Origin: Patescibacteria group bacterium
Lineage (GTDB): Bacteria > Patescibacteriota > Patescibacteriia > UBA11705 > JABHMO01
DNA: 64,000 nucleotides
Direction: 5' to 3'
NCBI GenBank assembly: GCA_018818405.1
Contig: JAHIRY010000017.1
Coordinates: 7,563 to 71,562, forward strand
Below, piece after piece: positions 58,541-64,000 of the stretch. Every line of letters begins with the position of its first letter. Position 1 is the stretch's first letter. Below the pieces are notes generated by a model, which made no database searches, had not been told where the DNA came from, and was given only the letters and a program-made list of their open reading frames with translations. The position numbers and the translations under genes are program-made.

Positions 58541-58750
58541 GGTTGATACCACCGCAGCGTGCGGGGTTCCGCTCACAGCGGGACGAATTATAATTACGCA
58601 ATTAAGGATTTTAATTTGTGATTTGGAATTTCGAATTTATAATTTGTTTCGGATTTCAGATTTCGAACTTAGGATTTTAATTGTGCTACATGTTATATGT
58701 TATGTGCTACATGTTATGTGCTCCTTGCCAAGTGCTCCTTGCTCCCTGTC
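58541..58750. repeat. Intergenic repeat family, copy C (longest; includes an internal ATTTCGAA sub-repeat)
   Basis: GGTTGATACCACCGCAGCGTGCGGGG...AATTATAATTACGCAATTAA...TTTTAATTGTGCTACATGTTATATGTTATGTGCTACATGTTATGTGCTCCTTGCCAAGTGCTCCTTGCTCCCTG. Confidence 0.7.
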
Positions 58751-61697
58751 ACTTCCTAAACTCGCAAATCTCCTTATAAGCGCAATACGGACACAAAAAC
58801 GGATTCGGATTCGGATCGAATTTCTGCGCTCTTATATTTTCAATGTTTTCCAAAAATTTTTCCTTCAACTTTATCTTATCTTTTTCCTTTCCAATAAATG
58901 AAACTTTTTTGTCCCCTTCCAAATAATAATAAGACAACTTTTCCAAATTCAATTTCAACGCTTCCTCAGCCGCGATCTGATAAAACAAAAGCTGGCGGCG
59001 ATCTTCGGTTGAAAGTTTATCATCTTTTGTTTTTCCGGTCTTGTAATCAATAATTTCCGCATTGTCCCCCATCTCATCAATCCGATCAATGCGGCCGGAA
59101 AACAAATAATCTCCGATATGCAAGTGAAAAATTTGCTCCAAATTTTTTACCACCGGTTTTTCCGCCATAAAATTTCCGTAAAAATTTTTTAGCAAAAGTT
59201 TTCCTTTTTCATAATATTCTTCTTTTTGCTTTTTGTCTTCATACCAATCATCGTTCCAATTTTCATCATAAATTTCAAAAAGCCTTTTCAACGACAATTC
59301 CGTTTGATTCGAATTCTCAGGCGCGCCGAACAAATCCGGCTGAATCGAATTGCTATTTCGCAAAACTTCCTCGAGAAATTTCTGCAAAGTCGAATGAATG
59401 GCAGTACCAAAAGAAAAATGCGGACTGCCGAAAGTCGGTATTTTCAAAATATTGGCGAATTTATATTGCAATGGACAATTCTCATAAGTCTGCATCTGGG
59501 AAAAACTGAATTTCTTGGGCAATTCATATTTTATTTTTTTCAGCACAACTTCCGGCGCAACCATAATTTCTCCGTCATCCTTTTTCACCGCTTTTTCCGG
59601 CGCAGAATATCCGAGTTCATGGAGAAATCGAGACAACTTTTTTGCGCGAGCTCCGCCGTAATCTTCGGCTGAAGTGAAATACAATCCCTTTTTCGCGCGC
59701 GTCATGGCAACATAGAAAAGCCGGCGCTCTTCCTCCAAATGAAAGTCGCCTTCCGGCAATTTTTCTTTCAATAACGCAACCGGAATTTCAATCGGTTCCC
59801 TGCGTTCGTCCGTGGGAAATTTTCTGTCCACCAGATTCACAATAAAAACATAATCAAATTCCAAACCCTTTGCGCTGTGAATCGTCAAAATTCTCACCAT
59901 GTCCGGTCCGACGCTCGCGTCAAACGCCAGCTGGCCGGTCTCGCCCGCTTCCTGTTCCATTTTTATCAAATCAAGCAAATCGGAAACACGCGCACCGGGC
60001 GTGTTCGATTCCATTGTTTGCGCTTTTTTGAAAAATTGTTGTAAATAATTGAAATCATCATGCGACGCGCGATCGTCTTTTTGCTTCAAATATTCCAAAT
60101 AACCGCTGCCGTACAAAAAACTCATCAAAATTTCCGTCGGCTTTTTTGTTTTCAAGAGTTGGGAATCCTTGCTTATCTGCGCCAGCAATTTGTTTACTCG
60201 CTGGATATTTTCCGGATTTATTCCCTGCACCGCGGAAATCATTTGCATCGCATCATACAAAACCATTGATTTTTTTTTCGCGTAATGAACCAATTTCACA
60301 ATATCTTCCGCATCAATCTTCAAATGAGTCAAACTCAAAATCCGAAAAACCGCCGCGCTTTCATGATAATTGTCCAGCAATTTCAAATAATTTATCAGAT
60401 CAATCACAATCGGTTTGCAATACAATCCGCGCATGGCCGCGAATTGATACGGAATTCCCGCTTTTTCCAAACAGTTGATAAATATATTCGCGCTGTCATT
60501 CGCTCTGACCAGAATGGCAAAATCCGACCAGCTCGTTTTTTTTTCTTCGGCCAAATTCAAAATTTTCTTTACCACTGTTTCCGCTTCATCTTCCGCTGTC
60601 CGGCAATGCAAATGAGAAACTTCCGCGCCGCTTGAAATTGATTTTAATTTTTTATCGATGCCGAGCTTCACTTCCAGCCGATTCGGATTGTTCCGCCTGA
60701 TAAAGTTGTAAGAAGTGTCGAGAACTTCCTGATGCGATCGATAATTTTCCACGAGAACCACTTTGTCAGCCGCCGGGAAATCTTCCATGAACTTCATTAT
60801 ATTTGTAATGGAAGCGCCTCGGAATTTATAAATAGACTGATCATCATCGCCGACAACGGTAATATTGTTTTTCGGAGCTGCCAACATTTTTATCAATTCA
60901 TATTGAACAAAATTAGTATCTTGAAATTCATCAACCAAAATTTGTTTGAACTGCTGGCGATATTTTTCCAAAATAAGCGGACGTTCTCGAAATAATTTTA
61001 TGGAATAATTTATCAAATCAGCAAAATCCAAACTTTCATTTTCCAGCAACAATCGTTGATAAATATGAAACGCGTTTGCAATTTCTTCCACTCGCATTAT
61101 TTCACTTTTCATCAACTCTTTTCTCTCACCAACGGAAAATCCGGACAAATCAAGTTTTTTCACGAATTCGGTCGCATCATTGTTAAGTTTAATTTCCTCG
61201 GCGTATTGCAGATAATCTTCCGGATAAATTCCTTCATCTTTGCAGCGGGAAAAATGGCGTAAAAGAGCGTGAATGAATTTTGCCGGATTGCTGGCCGGCC
61301 GGTAATAATCGAGATTGAATTTTTCCAAATTTTTTCTGACCAACAGCCAAGTTGCGGTTCCATCCAGCAATTTATAATTATTCGGCAGTCCGATATCCAG
61401 CGCGTGCCGTTTCAGCAATTTGTCGCAAAAAGAATGAAATGTGGAAATCCACAAATCAACATATCCGTACGGCAACATTTGCAGGACGCGATCTTCCATT
61501 TCTTCCGACGCTTTCTCCGTGAAAGTCAGAGCCAGCAATTGATCGACATTCAAATTTTTTTCCAAAATCAACCAAGCGATCCTCGCGGTAATCACTCGAG
61601 TTTTTCCGGTTCCCGCGCCAGCGACAATGAGCTGAGGCCCGTCGCCGTGAGTTATCGCCTGAAGCTGTTCTTTGTTCGATTCGCTGAATAAGCTCAT
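58749..61697 (-). CDS. UvrD/PcrA-type helicase fused to a C-terminal PD-(D/E)xK (RecB/Cas4-like) nuclease domain
   Basis: Walker A AGAGTGKTRVITARIA and UvrD motifs (DEFQDTN, VGDDDQSIY). C-terminal ~250 aa carries nuclease-like motifs with four Cys (CPLQYKF...CPYCAYKEIC). Track ORF extends to 61790. Confidence 0.75.
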   Translation of the reverse strand: MSLFSESNKEQLQAITHGDGPQLIVAGAGTGKTRVITARIAWLILEKNLNVDQLLALTFTEKASEEMEDRVLQMLPYGYVDLWISTFHSFCDKLLKRHALDIGLPNNYKLLDGTATWLLVRKNLEKFNLDYYRPASNPAKFIHALLRHFSRCKDEGIYPEDYLQYAEEIKLNNDATEFVKKLDLSGFSVGERKELMKSEIMRVEEIANAFHIYQRLLLENESLDFADLINYSIKLFRERPLILEKYRQQFKQILVDEFQDTNFVQYELIKMLAAPKNNITVVGDDDQSIYKFRGASITNIMKFMEDFPAADKVVLVENYRSHQEVLDTSYNFIRRNNPNRLEVKLGIDKKLKSISSGAEVSHLHCRTAEDEAETVVKKILNLAEEKKTSWSDFAILVRANDSANIFINCLEKAGIPYQFAAMRGLYCKPIVIDLINYLKLLDNYHESAAVFRILSLTHLKIDAEDIVKLVHYAKKKSMVLYDAMQMISAVQGINPENIQRVNKLLAQISKDSQLLKTKKPTEILMSFLYGSGYLEYLKQKDDRASHDDFNYLQQFFKKAQTMESNTPGARVSDLLDLIKMEQEAGETGQLAFDASVGPDMVRILTIHSAKGLEFDYVFIVNLVDRKFPTDERREPIEIPVALLKEKLPEGDFHLEEERRLFYVAMTRAKKGLYFTSAEDYGGARAKKLSRFLHELGYSAPEKAVKKDDGEIMVAPEVVLKKIKYELPKKFSFSQMQTYENCPLQYKFANILKIPTFGSPHFSFGTAIHSTLQKFLEEVLRNSNSIQPDLFGAPENSNQTELSLKRLFEIYDENWNDDWYEDKKQKEEYYEKGKLLLKNFYGNFMAEKPVVKNLEQIFHLHIGDYLFSGRIDRIDEMGDNAEIIDYKTGKTKDDKLSTEDRRQLLFYQIAAEEALKLNLEKLSYYYLEGDKKVSFIGKEKDKIKLKEKFLENIENIRAQKFDPNPNPFLCPYCAYKEICEFRK

Positions 61698-61865
61698 ACG
61701 CCCAAATTTTATCATAATGCGAGTGAAAAAAAAAGCGCTCCGAAAATTTCCCAAGAAAGCCCTCCGATTCGCCATTATTCTCTTCAACAACCGAACTTGC
61801 GTCTATCCTTGAATATATATAATTTTATTGGTATTATAAAATCACGTTTTTCCTGAGCCAATCAC

Positions 61866-62087
61866 TTGGAGGGTTCAATGTGTCAGAAGGACGGCGTCGG
61901 TGGTAGTCTGTGTCCGTACTGCAAAACAAGGTTGGGAGAAACTCCCAACACTTTCTTTTGCAACAATGATCGATGTGTTGAACTCTATGTGAGGATAAAA
62001 CCTCAGCCGGCAGTGTTCTACACTATTCCGAATGATTCACTGAGCCAGGACGGAAGAAAAATGTTCCCCGCGCATCACGCGGGCTGA
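61866..62087 (+). CDS. Hypothetical small Cys-containing protein (zinc-ribbon-like)
   Basis: MEGSMCQKDGVGGSLCPYCKTRLGETPNTFFCNNDRC: CxxC-type spacing. Followed by a terminator hairpin at 62097..62135 (AGGACG...CGTCCTTTTGTTTTT). Confidence 0.3.
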   Translation: MEGSMCQKDGVGGSLCPYCKTRLGETPNTFFCNNDRCVELYVRIKPQPAVFYTIPNDSLSQDGRKMFPAHHAG

Positions 62088-62253
62088 ACAAAAAAACAGG
62101 ACGTTTTCACGATTGAATTCGTCCTTTTGTTTTTATTAAAATCCCTTGCGTATAAACTTCTCGTTTCCTCAAATCACTGTGGAAAACATTTGTGAAGAAT
62201 GAATAATTTTGCTATTATATTATTAGCGTTAATTCGAATAAAATATAAATTTT

Positions 62254-63426
62254 ATGCAAATCGAAACTTATTTTTTTTATATTCTGCTTTTCGCGATCGC
62301 TACTTTTTTATTGTGGAAATACGGCAAAGACATTTTCCCTCGCCAATCAAGCGACCGATCAAAAAGAGTTCTCAGCCTTTATACGGCAGATCTGACTGAA
62401 AAAGCGAAACAAGGAAAAATCGATCCAGTGGTGGGCAGAGATAAAGAAGTGGAAAATCTCGTCAGGATTCTGAGCAGAAGAAATAAAAACAATCCCCTGC
62501 TTCTCGGCTCGGCCGGAGTCGGAAAAACCGCAATAGTTGAAGGCTTGGCTCTGAGAATTGCCGGCGGAGATGTGCCGAGCGTTCTCTCGGACAAAAAAAT
62601 TCTATCACTGAATATCGCGGACATGATCGGCGGAACAAAATATCGTGGAGAATTTGAAGAAAGAGTGAAAAAATTAGTTGAAGAAATTATTGCCGAGAGA
62701 AGAAGAATAATTTTATTCATTGATGAAATCCACAGCTTGATCCAAACCAAAGGAACGGAAGGATCGCTCAATATCAGCGACATATTAAAACCCGCGCTCG
62801 CCAGGGGCGAACTTCAGACAATCGGCGCTACCACCACGAAGGAATATGAACAATATTTCAAAACCGATGAAGCGCTGTCCCGCCGCTTTCAAATAATACA
62901 AGTGAGCGAACCGACCGCAAAACAAGCGCTGGAAATATTAAAAGGAATCAAAGGCGAATATGAAGCTTATCACAAAGTGGTTTTTTCCGAGAAAGCGTTG
63001 AGCTCGGCGGTAAACCTGTCCGTAAAATACATAAAAGGAAGACTTTTGCCGGACAAAGCAATCGATCTGATGGATGAAACCGGCGCTTTTGTGAATTTAT
63101 ACTCTTACGATCTGCCAAACCACGCGTTAAAATTGATTAGAACGGCAGCCAAAGACATTCACGCGCAAATTAAAAACGCGCCTGAAAAATTAAAAGGACT
63201 GCTCCGAGAATTGGAATCATTGAAAAAAGAAGAAGCCAAAACAAAAGACACTGAATCAAAGGATTCTGTCCAGCAAAGGATAATGGAACTGACAAAGGAA
63301 ATTTCTGATTGGGAAAAAAAAGATGCTCTGTCAAAACAAAAAAACAATCCGCCGGAAGTGACTGAAACTGATATAAAAAAGGTTTTGGCGCAGTGGCTTA
63401 ATATTGATGTAAAAAAAATTAAATAA
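62254..63426 (+). CDS. Membrane-anchored single-AAA+ ClpA/ClpB-NBD1-like ATPase
   Basis: N-terminal TM helix (YFFYILLFAIATFLLW), then DPVVGRDKEVENLVRILSRRNKNNPLLLGSAGVGKTAIVEGLALRI (ClpB D1 signature), sensor/arginine-finger region and a short coiled coil. No N-domain or second AAA module. Confidence 0.6.
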   Translation: MQIETYFFYILLFAIATFLLWKYGKDIFPRQSSDRSKRVLSLYTADLTEKAKQGKIDPVVGRDKEVENLVRILSRRNKNNPLLLGSAGVGKTAIVEGLALRIAGGDVPSVLSDKKILSLNIADMIGGTKYRGEFEERVKKLVEEIIAERRRIILFIDEIHSLIQTKGTEGSLNISDILKPALARGELQTIGATTTKEYEQYFKTDEALSRRFQIIQVSEPTAKQALEILKGIKGEYEAYHKVVFSEKALSSAVNLSVKYIKGRLLPDKAIDLMDETGAFVNLYSYDLPNHALKLIRTAAKDIHAQIKNAPEKLKGLLRELESLKKEEAKTKDTESKDSVQQRIMELTKEISDWEKKDALSKQKNNPPEVTETDIKKVLAQWLNIDVKKIK

Positions 63427-63436
63427 TAAGAAAACT

Positions 63437-63682
63437 ATGAAAACAAAAGTAAAGACTAAGTTAAGTACAAAACAAAAAGTTATGGTCGGCGTGACAGCGG
63501 CGGTATTGCTGTTTGCTGTCGGCGGATTTTTCACTGCGCTGGGAAAATCACAAGGTTTCGGATTCGGCTATCCGATCGTAAAAAGAGTTAAAACTGACGT
63601 AAAAACATTGATAAAAACTCCGACTCCATACAAAACTGCGACATTGAGACTGCCGGAAAGATTTCGCAACATGTTCCGATAA
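63437..63682 (+). CDS. Hypothetical small membrane protein
   Basis: 81 aa with one TM helix (VMVGVTAAVLLFAVGGFFTALG). Confidence 0.35.
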   Translation: MKTKVKTKLSTKQKVMVGVTAAVLLFAVGGFFTALGKSQGFGFGYPIVKRVKTDVKTLIKTPTPYKTATLRLPERFRNMFR

Positions 63683-63685
63683 AGT

Positions 63686-64000
63686 ATGAGCCAGTTTCCG
63701 GAAAAAACTTTTAAATTAGCATTTTTGGGAATGGCCGTTGCCATTCCTTTGCTTTTAAACCCTTTCGGCTTCTTCCCTTTTGAAGCGGACAAGATTTTTC
63801 TTTTTCGAATAATCGTCAGCATAATGCTTTTCGTCTGGCTGTTGAGAATCGGCAGTTTCCAAAATTTGAAAACAAAATTATTGAATTTTTTCGAAGAAGT
63901 TCGCTGGTTGGATTTGCGATTTCTATTCTTGCTATTAACCGCTGTTTACGGATTGTCAATAATTTTTTCCATTGCTCCGGCGGAAAGCTTTTTCGGCTCA
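63686..64000 (+). CDS. Partial (5' end) polytopic membrane protein, O-antigen-ligase-like N-terminus
   Basis: ATG at 63686, open to window end. MSQFPEKTFKLAFLGMAVAIPLLLNPFGFFPFEADKIFLFRIIVSIMLFVWLL resembles N-termini of large O-antigen-ligase/TPR membrane proteins common in Parcubacteria. Confidence 0.35.
   Translation, partial: MSQFPEKTFKLAFLGMAVAIPLLLNPFGFFPFEADKIFLFRIIVSIMLFVWLLRIGSFQNLKTKLLNFFEEVRWLDLRFLFLLLTAVYGLSIIFSIAPAESFFGS

Noticed and set aside
1-64000. CRISPR arrays, reverse transcriptases (DGR/retron), rRNA genes
   Set aside because: No regularly spaced direct repeats with unique spacers. No ORF with an RT YxDD motif. No rRNA-like conserved blocks. The repeated elements found are dispersed single copies, not arrays.

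Overview
This 64-kb window looks like a low-GC (~35%), gene-dense bacterial chromosome segment typical of a Candidate Phyla Radiation / Parcubacteria-type genome.

Housekeeping genes present: queA, fmt-def-priA, clpB, gltX, alr, serS, lysS, greA, a mrdA-mreD-mreC-mreB rod-shape cluster, proS and ftsQ, plus a tRNA-Trp(CCA).

The first half is dominated by cell-envelope glycan genes: DUF2304-GT2-GT4-GT4; GT4 / GT2 / O-antigen-ligase-like genes interrupted by an IS1595-family transposase; and a GT26-NUDIX fusion. It also carries a block of secreted or membrane-anchored proteins: two tandem ~850-aa NPP/alkaline-phosphatase-superfamily paralogs flanking a standalone LigD-type 3'-phosphoesterase and a CBM-plus-hydrolase-like protein, a FecR-like protein, and a beta-propeller protein.

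The most unusual features, in order of interest:
- A sharply bounded ~1.3-kb island of ~65-70% GC (38.56-39.9 kb) encoding a 421-aa charged-tailed protein of unknown function, with its own terminator, next to a second unknown gene of intermediate GC.
- A three-copy family of ~100-200-bp structured intergenic repeats (core GGTTGATACCACCGCAGCGTGCGGG plus TGTTACATG-type and TGCTCCTTGC iterons). Two copies directly flank a promoter-equipped gene for a 143-aa Cys-rich protein.
- A second tiny GC-rich insert encoding a 31-aa hydrophobic peptide with a strong SD and terminator.
- A PI3/PI4-kinase-like protein, and a membrane-anchored single-AAA ClpB-NBD1-like protein.
- A 1.4-kb low-coding AT-rich stretch, and a highly structured leader upstream of a secreted-protein gene.

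No CRISPR array, reverse transcriptase or rRNA was seen.
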